Notes under the pieces: generated by a model
The model's database searches: none
What the model saw: only the letters and a program-made list of their open reading frames with translations
What the model was told of the DNA's origin: nothing
In this document: positions 1-9,035 of the stretch, one piece after another
Position numbering within the stretch: position 1 is the stretch's first letter
How the letters are laid out: every line of letters starts with the position of its first letter
Position numbers and translations under genes: made by a program
From: a virus
Taxonomy: Duplodnaviria > Caudoviricetes
Strand: one strand, 5' to 3'
Virus record (IMG/VR): IMGVR_UViG_3300010048_000020
Span: 1 to 41,254 of that record
Length of the DNA: 41,254 nt

Positions 1-1021
1 ACAGGTTAATCTCGTCACTGATAAGCTTCTGAATCTTATCAGTAAAGAAGGTCACCCGAGTGTTAATAGTGGTACTCGTCAAGCTGGAATTCAGGGATGC
101 GAGACCCTGATCACACAGGATAGCGACATCGCCGCCGAACTTCACAGCACATCTGACGCCAATCGGGCGACCTAGGAAGAACACACCTGTCAATCCCCAT
201 GTGGAGATAGATGACGGGTCTGTTCCTTGATAGATTACAACCTCGCCGGCAGAGCTAATTGTAACGAGCTGATCCTGCGGACCGTTGCCAGCGTCCACCG
301 TCCACGTGATCTGCGTCATCAGATAGCCGCCCTTCGTCAACAACGTACCGAAGGGATACGGGTTGGCGATGCCCCACATCTGTGACGGAGGTAGATACCA
401 GCCCTGCGTAGATGCTACTGCGGAAGCCTGAACAAACCAGAGTCTATGTTGGTGAGCTGTGACGGAGATGAACGTGGCGGGATTTACGCCAGAAATCGTA
501 TAAGCAGTAGTGCCGTCACCAGCGACAAGCCGATGGACAGCGCCTGCTGGATCAATAATGATAGGATTATCGACCCCATTAACGCCAATCCAGAAGACAC
601 CAGTCGTTGTTCCAAAGTTCACCCATTGCCAGTGGTCATTGGTTAATCCGGACACCAGTGCAGCGCCCACTGCACCTCCGCCAGTAGCATCATACATGCT
701 GCCGCCAGCGAAAGCGTAGAGGTGATCAGTACCGTCTGCACGATTATGGTCCGCCATCGTGCAAACCGGGTGCGTTGCGCCATAGCCTGTGGAGTGAACA
801 ACGTAACCATTGCGGACCACACAACCTAGAGTGGATGGGAAGAAGTTCTGTAGATCTAATGCATCCGTAGGATCCATGTTGGCAATGGAATCCCGCGCAT
901 TAATCCCTCCAATAGGGGAGGGAAGGGTCATGCTATTTGAAACTTTTTGAACAGGATGCTTTCCCGCATCTCCGGGAATATTCATCAATGGCGGAGCCAA
1001 GGATCCAGAACCGACTCTCAT
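1..1021 (-). CDS. Tail tube / packaged DNA stabilisation protein (P22 gp10 / T7 gp12-like), N-terminal part; continues at 41254..40608
   Basis: ATG at 1021 overlaps the upstream TGA. Translation begins MRVGSGSLAPPLMNIP...TLPSPIGGINARDSIANMDPTDALDLQNFFP and the same frame reads ...FFTDKIQKLISDEINL at the window edge. Absent from the ORF track, consistent with running off the end. Confidence 0.8.
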   Translation of the reverse strand, partial: MRVGSGSLAPPLMNIPGDAGKHPVQKVSNSMTLPSPIGGINARDSIANMDPTDALDLQNFFPSTLGCVVRNGYVVHSTGYGATHPVCTMADHNRADGTDHLYAFAGGSMYDATGGGAVGAALVSGLTNDHWQWVNFGTTTGVFWIGVNGVDNPIIIDPAGAVHRLVAGDGTTAYTISGVNPATFISVTAHQHRLWFVQASAVASTQGWYLPPSQMWGIANPYPFGTLLTKGGYLMTQITWTVDAGNGPQDQLVTISSAGEVVIYQGTDPSSISTWGLTGVFFLGRPIGVRCAVKFGGDVAILCDQGLASLNSSLTSTTINTRVTFFTDKIQKLISDEINL

Positions 1022-1755
1022 ATCGTCGATCCAACGGGCCACGACCCATCAGGAATATTATTCGGGCCGATGTAGATCGAAGCTGGCCGTGGGGAGAGCG
1101 TGAGAACTGGCGCACCCATATTTTGACCAGTAATCCCGAGGAACATATTGAGGAAATCGTCTCTGAATGCATTCGTATCAAATCCCTTTGTCTCCCAGAA
1201 CTTGAGCTTTAGGAATTTGGTTAGAAGCCACTCATCGAACATGGGTACATCAACATCCAAAGTGACGAAGTCTGAATACGGCTGCTGACTCGCGTTCATT
1301 ACCCAATTTTTGCTGATGTACTCCATAGCCAGAGTCCAAGGCGACGGCGTGCCGGGCGATCCTGGGACCGGCCAGACTTCGAACATACCGCGCTGGAGGC
1401 GATAGCGTAGCCGTGGACCTTGGGAGATCAAACCTCCCTTGATCCACTGCCACTCTTGACTTGTCTTCGGACCAAGAAGCGGCCAGTGGTTCGACCTGTC
1501 CCACTGGCTCTGGTCAATGAAGTAAGCAAAGTCTGCAGGAAGGGGATAGGACCCGATGTTATTGGTCGTAGTCCACACCCATTCAATGTTGAGTTGCTCC
1601 CATGGATAGTAGCCGCGAAGTTCAGAGCACGCCGCATTGAGCAGAGCCAATAGCTGCGTATCTAACATTTTTGGATTAGTCTGAATACTGACTGCTGGTG
1701 GCAGTCCTAATTCATTCTGAACTTGTTGGATAATCCACAGTGCGGTTCTCATCAC
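1018..1755 (-). CDS. Head-tail connector / tail tubular protein A-like adaptor
   Basis: 245 aa with YPLPADFAYFIDQSQWDRSNHWPLLGPKTSQEWQWIKGG motif; lies directly upstream of the tube/stabilisation gene. Confidence 0.7.
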   Translation of the reverse strand: MMRTALWIIQQVQNELGLPPAVSIQTNPKMLDTQLLALLNAACSELRGYYPWEQLNIEWVWTTTNNIGSYPLPADFAYFIDQSQWDRSNHWPLLGPKTSQEWQWIKGGLISQGPRLRYRLQRGMFEVWPVPGSPGTPSPWTLAMEYISKNWVMNASQQPYSDFVTLDVDVPMFDEWLLTKFLKLKFWETKGFDTNAFRDDFLNMFLGITGQNMGAPVLTLSPRPASIYIGPNNIPDGSWPVGSTI

Positions 1756-2327
1756 GCTGCCTTTGTAGCGGTCTGTTTCTGTGCTGCCTGGATCAACTGC
1801 GCCATCTGAGCTTCGAGCGCAGCAATTTTGGCATCACGAGCAGAAAGCTCCTGTGTAAGTTTGGATGTCGCTTCTTCGCCCTTCGCAGCTTCAAGGAACG
1901 CTTGCGCCTTGCGACGGATCTCAAAGCACCCCATGAACTTCTGGGCCAGTTGATCCGAGACATCAGCCAGTTGTTCCACAGTGAAGATGTTGAGGGCCTT
2001 GAATTCTGCAACCTGACCAACCGTCAGCCAAGTCACAGCTTCAAGAGGCGTCCCTTCTGCAGCCTGCACCTGACCCAGCTTGTACCGATCCCATTGCTTC
2101 GGGAAGCGATGCTTATGCTCTTCCGTCGCTTTGGTATCAATAATCAAGTTCTTGTCACCGGGGACGATGATCTTGACGAATGAAACTTCGTCAAAGATCG
2201 GCCGCCCCTGCTGCGATGACTTATACTTGTTTTCTACAGGTCGAGTATAAAACTGCACCCACAGACGACCGTCAGCAGCCCAAACATTCTGCTCGGTCAT
2301 GTCCTGTTCATTGAATTCGTCTTGCAT
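1752..2327 (-). CDS. Conserved phage protein of the head module with C-terminal coiled coil
   Basis: 191 aa; S..GRPIF and GTPLE..W...NIFTVEQLA motifs typical of genes following the capsid gene; stop overlaps the next start. Confidence 0.75.
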   Translation of the reverse strand: MQDEFNEQDMTEQNVWAADGRLWVQFYTRPVENKYKSSQQGRPIFDEVSFVKIIVPGDKNLIIDTKATEEHKHRFPKQWDRYKLGQVQAAEGTPLEAVTWLTVGQVAEFKALNIFTVEQLADVSDQLAQKFMGCFEIRRKAQAFLEAAKGEEATSKLTQELSARDAKIAALEAQMAQLIQAAQKQTATKAA

Positions 2328-2329
2328 GA

Positions 2330-2506
2330 TTAGCTCGATGAAGTAGACTTTGTCGTAGTCTTAGTTGTCGTCGGCGGCGGATTAGGAGCAGGCGGAGTAG
2401 GCGGAGGAGGCGCTGGTTGCTGTCCCTGCGCTGCATTCTGATTTCTGGGATTGGAAGCCGGGTCTGGATACTGAACCGGCAGAGGCTCTTCAGGAGGCGT
2501 TGACAT
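2330..2506 (-). CDS. Small Pro/Thr-rich protein (58 aa, MSTPPEEPLPVQYPDP...)
   Basis: Hand-translated; RBS TAAGGA upstream of ATG 2506; TAA at 2330-2332 lies just before the next ATG at 2327; too short for the ORF track. Confidence 0.65.
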   Translation of the reverse strand: MSTPPEEPLPVQYPDPASNPRNQNAAQGQQPAPPPPTPPAPNPPPTTTKTTTKSTSSS

Positions 2507-2515
2507 GACGTTTCC

Positions 2516-2704
2516 TTAAACGAGTTGCGGACGCTGCCACCGTGGATCATCCGGATGGGTGGCGTAGTCGGGGAACTGAGGAACAGGGACCGTCCGGGCG
2601 TCAGGAAGATTACTCTTCAAGCCGCCCTGATCGCTGAATTGTGGACCTGCCACGAAGGCAGGCCACGGATCCCCTGCTGCTGCGGGAGTGATAGGAGTGG
2701 ACAT
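2516..2704 (-). CDS. Small Pro-rich hypothetical protein (62 aa)
   Basis: RBS TAAGGATAAGG; fills the operon gap. Confidence 0.65.
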   Translation of the reverse strand: MSTPITPAAAGDPWPAFVAGPQFSDQGGLKSNLPDARTVPVPQFPDYATHPDDPRWQRPQLV

Positions 2705-2713
2705 GCCTTATCC

Positions 2714-3088
2714 TTAACTGAACTTGTACTGATCGGGGCTGGCGACCGCCGCGGTCTGTGCATATTTCACAGCAGCTTGCGCGCCAGCCACCGCAGCCTG
2801 AGCGGTGAATGTTGCGTCGAAGTCACCATACGGACCGCCGGGAGGCTGAACCAGCCGTGTCATTTCGTGTGCGCCGTCCTTGTACGAAACAGTGTTTGCA
2901 CTCTGTTGTCCAAAGAAATTCCCAAGCGCCGCGCTGTTAGACGCCGTCTGGACTGCTGTGATCCACGCCGCCATCGTACCACCGTACGGAGCACCAATCA
3001 CACAGATCGGTGCCGCCGTGCCGTCTTGAGCTTGGTTCAACCCGATAGTCGGGTTGAACGGCCCGGATACTCCAGCATGATTTGCCAT
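2714..3088 (-). CDS. Hypothetical virion protein, possible capsid decoration (124 aa)
   Basis: ATG 3088 immediately after the capsid stop at 3090; Ala/Gly-rich. Confidence 0.6.
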   Translation of the reverse strand: MANHAGVSGPFNPTIGLNQAQDGTAAPICVIGAPYGGTMAAWITAVQTASNSAALGNFFGQQSANTVSYKDGAHEMTRLVQPPGGPYGDFDATFTAQAAVAGAQAAVKYAQTAAVASPDQYKFS

Positions 3089-3089
3089 G

Positions 3090-4073
3090 TTAGGCGTCCA
3101 CCAGGATACCCTGGAATTGACCACCGCTCATAGTCAGGTTGCCAGCCCACGCCAGGATCTGAACTTCTGCGTCCTGGTTCACCGAATAGCGCTTGTTCGG
3201 CGAAAGGGGAACGAAGTTGCGCGCGCTGTGCGGACGGAGGAAGATGTACTTCGTATTGAGGAAGTACGCCGTCTTTGTCGGCATGAAACCGCCGATACCG
3301 CCATCGAGCACCACGTCTGCATCCATGAACTTGATGGACACAAAACCCAACGTCGCCGACTCGGAGGTGGTGAAACGTTGGATAGCCTGGAGAGACTGCA
3401 TGTAGATGCCCCAATAGGCATTGTCCATGAGGATCAGGTCCGGCCGATCTTGGCCGCGAACCAACATCGCCCACAGCGTGTTCATGTATTCCTGAATGTT
3501 AGTTTTATCAGCAGGAGCGCCCCCGTTGGTCGTGGCGTTGTAGACTTGATTTCGCCAGAAGACCCACGTTGCTCTGTCGATGCCTCCAACAGTTCCAGTT
3601 GTTGGTGCCGACGCGACCTGCGACTTGAGGCCTGTAATCTGCTTACCACCGTAGCCCGTGCCATCACTGTAGAGTCCTGCTGAGACGAGGTTGCTCATCG
3701 TGGACTCACCGACATTGATGCGGCTCTCCATCAGGTCGATGATCTGCTCCTTTCCTGCATTTTGGAGCTGTTCCAAACCAGAGATGGTGATCGGGCACGC
3801 GGCCTGCTTGATGTCGTACTGCGCCGCGGAGATGACGTCCTGTGCGGACACCGGAAGAGTTTCATAGCCGCTGTACCAGGACGCGTTAGCGTTTTCCTGG
3901 AAGCTGAGCTCTTGCATGATTACGTTACCGCCGCTGAATGGGCGGAGATTCCCGCGCTGCTGGACACGAGTCAGCAGCGCGTTGTTCTTTGTGACGTTGT
4001 CAGCGATAGTGCCGGTACGCGATTGGATCGTGGTCGCGATAATATCGCTGATCGCAGCGTTGGGGAATGCCAT
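3090..4073 (-). CDS. Major capsid protein
   Basis: 327 aa, MAFPNAAISDIIATTIQSR...IADNVTKNNALL, GGIDRATW.FWRNQ, NQDA.VQ...WAGNLT motifs; follows the scaffold gene; RBS GGAG. Confidence 0.92.
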   Translation of the reverse strand: MAFPNAAISDIIATTIQSRTGTIADNVTKNNALLTRVQQRGNLRPFSGGNVIMQELSFQENANASWYSGYETLPVSAQDVISAAQYDIKQAACPITISGLEQLQNAGKEQIIDLMESRINVGESTMSNLVSAGLYSDGTGYGGKQITGLKSQVASAPTTGTVGGIDRATWVFWRNQVYNATTNGGAPADKTNIQEYMNTLWAMLVRGQDRPDLILMDNAYWGIYMQSLQAIQRFTTSESATLGFVSIKFMDADVVLDGGIGGFMPTKTAYFLNTKYIFLRPHSARNFVPLSPNKRYSVNQDAEVQILAWAGNLTMSGGQFQGILVDA

Positions 4074-4169
4074 GACGGGACTCCGAGTGAGTAAAGGGTT
4101 TCACCTCTAGCCACTCCCATCCCGTGACTGGCGTCGGCCGATGGGGCGACGGAAGCGGCCAGTGGATCG

Positions 4170-5324
4170 TTAGATTCTGTCGCCACTTCCCGCAGCCGTA
4201 AATGCTGCCTCGATCGTGTCTCGTAATGACAAGCCCTGCTTAGACTGGGCACTTCCACCCACTGGAACTGATGAGCCGACACTCACCGCAGCAGACTTCG
4301 CCCGCTGAGCCGCTTCAGTCCCGCGAGCCAGTGCTGCCCTCGCAGCTTCTTGCTCAGAACGTTCCTTAACGACCTTGCTGATTTCCGGATGCGTTTGTAT
4401 GGCCATAGTATAGGCTTGATCTGCGCTGATAAGCAAACCTCTTTTTGTATACATCTCGATAATATCAGCCATGTAGTCACGCACAGACTCAAAATGCTCA
4501 TATTTCGGGTCCAGCTGCATCCGCTGGACCTCTGTAGCTGCATTCTGTTGATCTCGGACTACTTGTTCAGCCTGCTGGCGCTGCCATGCCATGACAGGAG
4601 CCATAAGAGGCTGAATTGCAGCCTGCACAGCGTCTTGGATGCCAGAATTGGGCGAATTCTTGACCTGACCAGACAAGGCTTGGTCCAATTCACCGACATC
4701 GATGCCGTAGTCCTTGATAATCTTAGCCAGAAACGCTGCTCTCGCCGGCTGCGGAGCCGTGGCCAGTAGATGATCAGCGTTCAGCAGGTTTCCAATGGAC
4801 TGCATGACAGGAACCTGATTCTGGTTGAGCCGCGCCATGTACGGCTGCACCATCTGGTTCATCTGCTGCATGAATTCCCGGGCCTGTGCTGATTGCCCAA
4901 GCGCTTCATCCACCTGTTTTTCCCGACGAACGACTTCCTGACGGATATTCAGGGGAAGCGTAGACCATGCGGTCTTGGCTTCTGCCGTCCAACTAGCGGG
5001 AGCACGTTCTGTGATATGAGGTTCTACGGAAGCAGTCGGCTGTGCAGGCTGCTGAGTCGTTACTTCAGTCTGAGGCTTTCCTTTAGCCGCTGCAAGCTGC
5101 GCCGCAGCCACATCGTCAATCTTCGGCGCCTCAGAAGTCCTCGCAACCGGCTGCGGAGGCTGCGCCGGTGTAGGGGTAGCCACCACGGCAGCCGAGTCAT
5201 TCTGAGCTCCTTCTGAGCCTGCCGCTGGCGGCTCCTTAGGCTCAATAGGAGTAAGTGGTAAGTCAGGATGTTCTTCAGCCTGATCCACCACAGCTTCCAG
5301 AGTTTCACGGAGTGTGTCAGTCAT
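4170..5324 (-). CDS. Capsid scaffolding protein
   Basis: 384 aa; disordered N-terminus, APASW..EAK..W..LP motif, C-terminal SLRDTIEAAF helix; upstream of the capsid gene. Confidence 0.8.
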   Translation of the reverse strand: MTDTLRETLEAVVDQAEEHPDLPLTPIEPKEPPAAGSEGAQNDSAAVVATPTPAQPPQPVARTSEAPKIDDVAAAQLAAAKGKPQTEVTTQQPAQPTASVEPHITERAPASWTAEAKTAWSTLPLNIRQEVVRREKQVDEALGQSAQAREFMQQMNQMVQPYMARLNQNQVPVMQSIGNLLNADHLLATAPQPARAAFLAKIIKDYGIDVGELDQALSGQVKNSPNSGIQDAVQAAIQPLMAPVMAWQRQQAEQVVRDQQNAATEVQRMQLDPKYEHFESVRDYMADIIEMYTKRGLLISADQAYTMAIQTHPEISKVVKERSEQEAARAALARGTEAAQRAKSAAVSVGSSVPVGGSAQSKQGLSLRDTIEAAFTAAGSGDRI

Positions 5325-5605
5325 TTTGCGTATCCTTTTTGATACATAATGCGTTCAATCGTTTCCCGGATCTGACGACGGTCTGGCTTGTGCTCTGGGG
5401 GAACAAAAGGCAGACCCTTCAAATCTTCGGTAGGGACAACATTATGGCGAGCGCAATGATCCCGCAGACCAGCACGGCCGTGAACCACAGTACCATCAAT
5501 TGGACTGACGAAGTCTGGCAGATCGCCATGAACCATCGTTCTATCCTCTCCATCGCGGATAATATTGCCTTTTTCATCAAACCAAGGCCTCTTTAGAGCA
5601 GCCAT
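5321..5605 (-). CDS. Conserved phage head-region protein
   Basis: 94 aa with D...FVSPIDGTVV.GR..LR.H motif common between portal and scaffold. Confidence 0.7.
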   Translation of the reverse strand: MAALKRPWFDEKGNIIRDGEDRTMVHGDLPDFVSPIDGTVVHGRAGLRDHCARHNVVPTEDLKGLPFVPPEHKPDRRQIRETIERIMYQKGYAK

Positions 5606-6192
5606 AGCAAGTCCTCATCATCTTGGTCAGAATTGTCTTGCACGCCACCGAACATCATCCTCACTTGCCGCCGCAACGTTTCTTCGTGAATATTAAACGT
5701 TTCTATTGTTCCAGACCACGTATCGCAATGTGAAGTCCATTCCCAGTCAGACACATAGCGCCAATTCGCATAGGCTTCCTCCATCGCGTCCCGGCGTGCC
5801 TTCCAATTCGGCAGCCTGTCACCCCATTCATGGAACCACCATGATCCACCCGCATTGTAGACGGGAGGTTGAAGAGTGACGTAGATCAACGCATCCCAGA
5901 TATCTGGGTTTTCATGCCAGATACTGACGTCAGGTGGCGTGACCTTGATCAGTACCTGCCAATCATCTATGTTTTCCGTCCAATTGATCGAAACTCCATT
6001 GAATACAGTAATGGAGCTTGCCCAGACGTCTCTTCCATCCGTCCAGTTGATCCAGGCCGGGATGTAAACATAGATACTGCTAGTCCAACTATCGTTGTTG
6101 CTTGTCCAACTTCCTGTGACCTCAGCTACCAGTCTGTCCCAGTAAGTTGTGGGACTATCGAAGTAGCCATGATCCCAGAGAGCTGATTTCAC
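5593..6192 (-). CDS. Trp-rich repeat virion protein
   Basis: 199 aa with WxxxxDxW repeats and acidic-hydrophobic C-terminus DDEDLLWLL. Confidence 0.65.
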   Translation of the reverse strand: MKSALWDHGYFDSPTTYWDRLVAEVTGSWTSNNDSWTSSIYVYIPAWINWTDGRDVWASSITVFNGVSINWTENIDDWQVLIKVTPPDVSIWHENPDIWDALIYVTLQPPVYNAGGSWWFHEWGDRLPNWKARRDAMEEAYANWRYVSDWEWTSHCDTWSGTIETFNIHEETLRRQVRMMFGGVQDNSDQDDEDLLWLL

Positions 6193-6578
6193 GGATTACC
6201 TTCAGTCACTTGCATCGCCTGAACTGACATCCACAGGCCAGGAGTGATAGCGGTAGTATTCAACTTGACCTCGCCAGCACCAGTAGTGTCTGACAGCGAC
6301 AAATCGATCAATGGATTCCCCCCAGAATCCAGAATACGCGCCCAAGTTGCTGTCCCAGTTCCGGTGGCCTGAGCATCGTCTGGCTTCGTAAATGAGATAA
6401 CAGCGTTGGAAAGTGTCCCGGCAGGGGACTTCAGGTTGAGTGTACCTAGAACCGCGCCGCCAGCGCCTCCTGTCGCAGGACGCGTGCCGCCCATAATGTT
6501 CAGGGTCCCTGTTGCTCCGATATCGTCCAAGATCTTCTGGGCGCGATCGTTGCGCAAGCTCATCACATAGCCAGCCAT
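6189..6578 (-). CDS. Virion structural protein (head fibre/decoration-like)
   Basis: 129 aa; LRN.RA...GTRPATGG...ATGTGTATWARI.DS.G motif seen in phage structural proteins. Confidence 0.7.
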   Translation of the reverse strand: MAGYVMSLRNDRAQKILDDIGATGTLNIMGGTRPATGGAGGAVLGTLNLKSPAGTLSNAVISFTKPDDAQATGTGTATWARILDSGGNPLIDLSLSDTTGAGEVKLNTTAITPGLWMSVQAMQVTEGNP

Positions 6579-8872
6579 TATTTAACGACCTCCATTCCAA
6601 CGGCGCGACCAGTAGAGTCACGCACGACGCGCTTGGGAGCACTCATAGCCTCCGCCATCTTTGCGACACAGTCTGCCATCTTAGTCATGGCGTCCATCAA
6701 CGTGTCGAGTTTCTTGTCTGTTTCTGATCCTTCTGCCGCTGTTGCTTCGTTAAGTCCTTGTTGATGAGCCTGTTGATTTTCCTTGAGCGCTTGGTCGTGT
6801 CTCTGGTCGTGCTCTGCCAAGGCTTGGTCATGTCCTTGCTCCTGACGTTGAAGTGCTTGATCATGCGCCTGATCTTGGCGGGCCATTGCTTGCGCATGCA
6901 ACTGATCTTGAACATCCTTCACTTGCTCAAAATGTTGCTGCTGCGCTTTGAGCAAATTGTCCGTCCGATCGTTGCGCGCCTGCTGTACGAGCTGAAGTCT
7001 CTGGATACCTGCCTTCTGCTGCGTAGCGGCGATGGAAGCCTGAGTCTTGGCCTGCGTGGCAGCGATAGAAGCCTGCGCCTTGATGCCAGTGGCCTGTGCG
7101 TCCGCCTGCGCCTTGACCAAAGCCGGATTTGGCGGAGGCGGCTGCTGAGCACGAGCCTGTGCTGTCTGTTGAATCTGCGCGATGGACTGATCTAGGCTAG
7201 ACTCAATCTCCTTGCCTGCGCGGAAGGAAGCGACACAATACTTGATCAGGGCGGAAGCGATAGGAATAAGGTCCGGTTCTTGCGCCATGGCCGGGACAGC
7301 CTGCTGAAGAAAGCCGCCGACGGTCGTCAGGAGCTCCATACGGTCTTGTTTCTCCCCTGCGTAGTCCAACTGCGCCATACTGTCTGAAAGGACGTTAATT
7401 CGCCATTCAAAGGACTTATGGTCTTGAATTACGTCAATTGCTTGCTGAATTAGCTGCGGAGGCTCATTCATATACATGATGCCACTACGCTGGAGCATAG
7501 TGTCCATCTGCATGTGTTTCAGCATCATTTCCGTTTTAATCCGGAATATGTCCGTCGCAAAGCGCGCCAGCTCTTCCTGTCGGGTCTGAATCCGAATAGA
7601 AGCGAAACGAGATTTGAGTTCTTGTGCGCCCAGAGTCTCAGACGCCTTCGTTGCTCCGCGGATGATGTCAGCAATGCCGGTAAGCTCGTAGATCTGCTGT
7701 TTGACTTGCTCACGATTCTGAATGAGTACGTTGACGGCCTGAACGACTGTTTCAAGCGGAAGCCAGTCCAAAACGCCTTTCAAGCCTCCTCTTTCTGCGA
7801 ACATGGCCCAATTATCCACCGGAATGAGCGAATTGTCAAATCCCTCCAGCATAAGTCGCTGAACGCCTTGATTTGCCCGATCGTAGACGCCTACGACCTT
7901 GCACGCCTGGACTAGCAGGCTAATTCTGTTGTTTATTGTGTCCAATTCACGATATTGGTCCTGAAGCATAACATAATCAGGACGCGGGATGACGTTAGAA
8001 GTAGATTGGAGGGCAAATAGCGGTTTTGGCATTGGTTCAAACATCGTGAGGTTGAGGGGGTCGTCACGATGATCCAAGGGATAGAGCATGCCCTTGTTAA
8101 TCCACCACACTTCTCGCTTCTGGCGGTCCCAGATCTCGTATATCGCAGCTCTCTTGAATAATTCGTGTCGTGGATCATTCGGATCTCCCATCTTTGGCGT
8201 CGGAATGTCATAACTGACGTCTTTTTCCTTGTCCGCCCCAAACCGTTTGATCACTTGCTCCTTGAACATGTAGACTTTGCGAGCAACCCAGCGTCTATCT
8301 TCCCACGTGCGGCACGGTGACCACAAAAGGTCTTTCCAGTGGACGTGTTCTACGATAACTTCTTCCTCTGTAATCACTTCAAAGTCAGCCTGCGCCGTAG
8401 GATCATTCTGTGTAGTCGTCTCTACGTGCAGACGGAGCCAGACAGAGCCCATGCCTGGGACCAACCAGTCCATCACAGCCTGTTTCATCACTTCGCTAAA
8501 GTTTGATGGCGGCTCATCTAGGTCTTGGCTAATGGCGCGCTCAACAATCTGAGCCGCCACACGCCCAACGTCATCGTTCGGGTCGTCAAACTTGCGCCGA
8601 ACCTCGGGACAGGGAGCGTGGTCGTAGAGGGCAGCCAGCATAATCTGGACGTTTGTGGTGAAGATATTGACCTTCTTATCACAAGCCTCCACCGCGTCGC
8701 GCTGATCCTCAAATCGCCGGACAATACGGTCCCCTTGATTCCACCAGTGCAGTTGTTCGCGTTCCGCCGCCTGGATCTCAGCAACCCACCGACGCTGCTG
8801 ACCTTCTGGAGTTGCATCGAATGACGATGGGGAGTCAATCCGACCCGCCTGAGTACTGTCGATGTATTGCAT
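6578..8872 (-). CDS. Portal protein with long helical C-terminal barrel (P22-like)
   Basis: 764 aa after TerL; QQIYELTGIADIIRGATKASETLGAQELK motif; Gln/Ala-rich coiled-coil tail. Confidence 0.9.
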   Translation of the reverse strand: MQYIDSTQAGRIDSPSSFDATPEGQQRRWVAEIQAAEREQLHWWNQGDRIVRRFEDQRDAVEACDKKVNIFTTNVQIMLAALYDHAPCPEVRRKFDDPNDDVGRVAAQIVERAISQDLDEPPSNFSEVMKQAVMDWLVPGMGSVWLRLHVETTTQNDPTAQADFEVITEEEVIVEHVHWKDLLWSPCRTWEDRRWVARKVYMFKEQVIKRFGADKEKDVSYDIPTPKMGDPNDPRHELFKRAAIYEIWDRQKREVWWINKGMLYPLDHRDDPLNLTMFEPMPKPLFALQSTSNVIPRPDYVMLQDQYRELDTINNRISLLVQACKVVGVYDRANQGVQRLMLEGFDNSLIPVDNWAMFAERGGLKGVLDWLPLETVVQAVNVLIQNREQVKQQIYELTGIADIIRGATKASETLGAQELKSRFASIRIQTRQEELARFATDIFRIKTEMMLKHMQMDTMLQRSGIMYMNEPPQLIQQAIDVIQDHKSFEWRINVLSDSMAQLDYAGEKQDRMELLTTVGGFLQQAVPAMAQEPDLIPIASALIKYCVASFRAGKEIESSLDQSIAQIQQTAQARAQQPPPPNPALVKAQADAQATGIKAQASIAATQAKTQASIAATQQKAGIQRLQLVQQARNDRTDNLLKAQQQHFEQVKDVQDQLHAQAMARQDQAHDQALQRQEQGHDQALAEHDQRHDQALKENQQAHQQGLNEATAAEGSETDKKLDTLMDAMTKMADCVAKMAEAMSAPKRVVRDSTGRAVGMEVVK

Positions 8873-8873
8873 C

Positions 8874-9035
8874 TCATTTACTCCTCATCGCCTTTGCCAG
8901 ATAGCCCTGACGTCTGGCATCTGCTTGATTAAAATCCTTTGCGACGTGCTGCGGAATCCCAACCTTTTTAGCGAACTCTGGATTGTGCGCCGCTGCGGCC
9001 ATGGTCCTGGCCTGCTTGAAGGAGGATGATGGCAT
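8874..9035 (-). CDS. Small conserved phage protein (53 aa, MPSSSFKQARTMAAAAHNPEFAKKVGIPQHVAKDFNQAD...)
   Basis: Hand-translated; ATG overlaps the TerL stop and the stop abuts the portal start; motif of a widespread small-protein family near terminase/portal genes. Confidence 0.8.
   Translation of the reverse strand: MPSSSFKQARTMAAAAHNPEFAKKVGIPQHVAKDFNQADARRQGYLAKAMRSK

Noticed and set aside
4095-4162. HDV-like/theta ribozyme
   Set aside because: P1 and P4-like stems are possible, but there is no acceptable P3/L3/P1.1 core.
4074-4172. Stop read-through fusing scaffold to capsid (same frame)
   Set aside because: A second in-frame TAG occurs 21 codons after the scaffold TAA.
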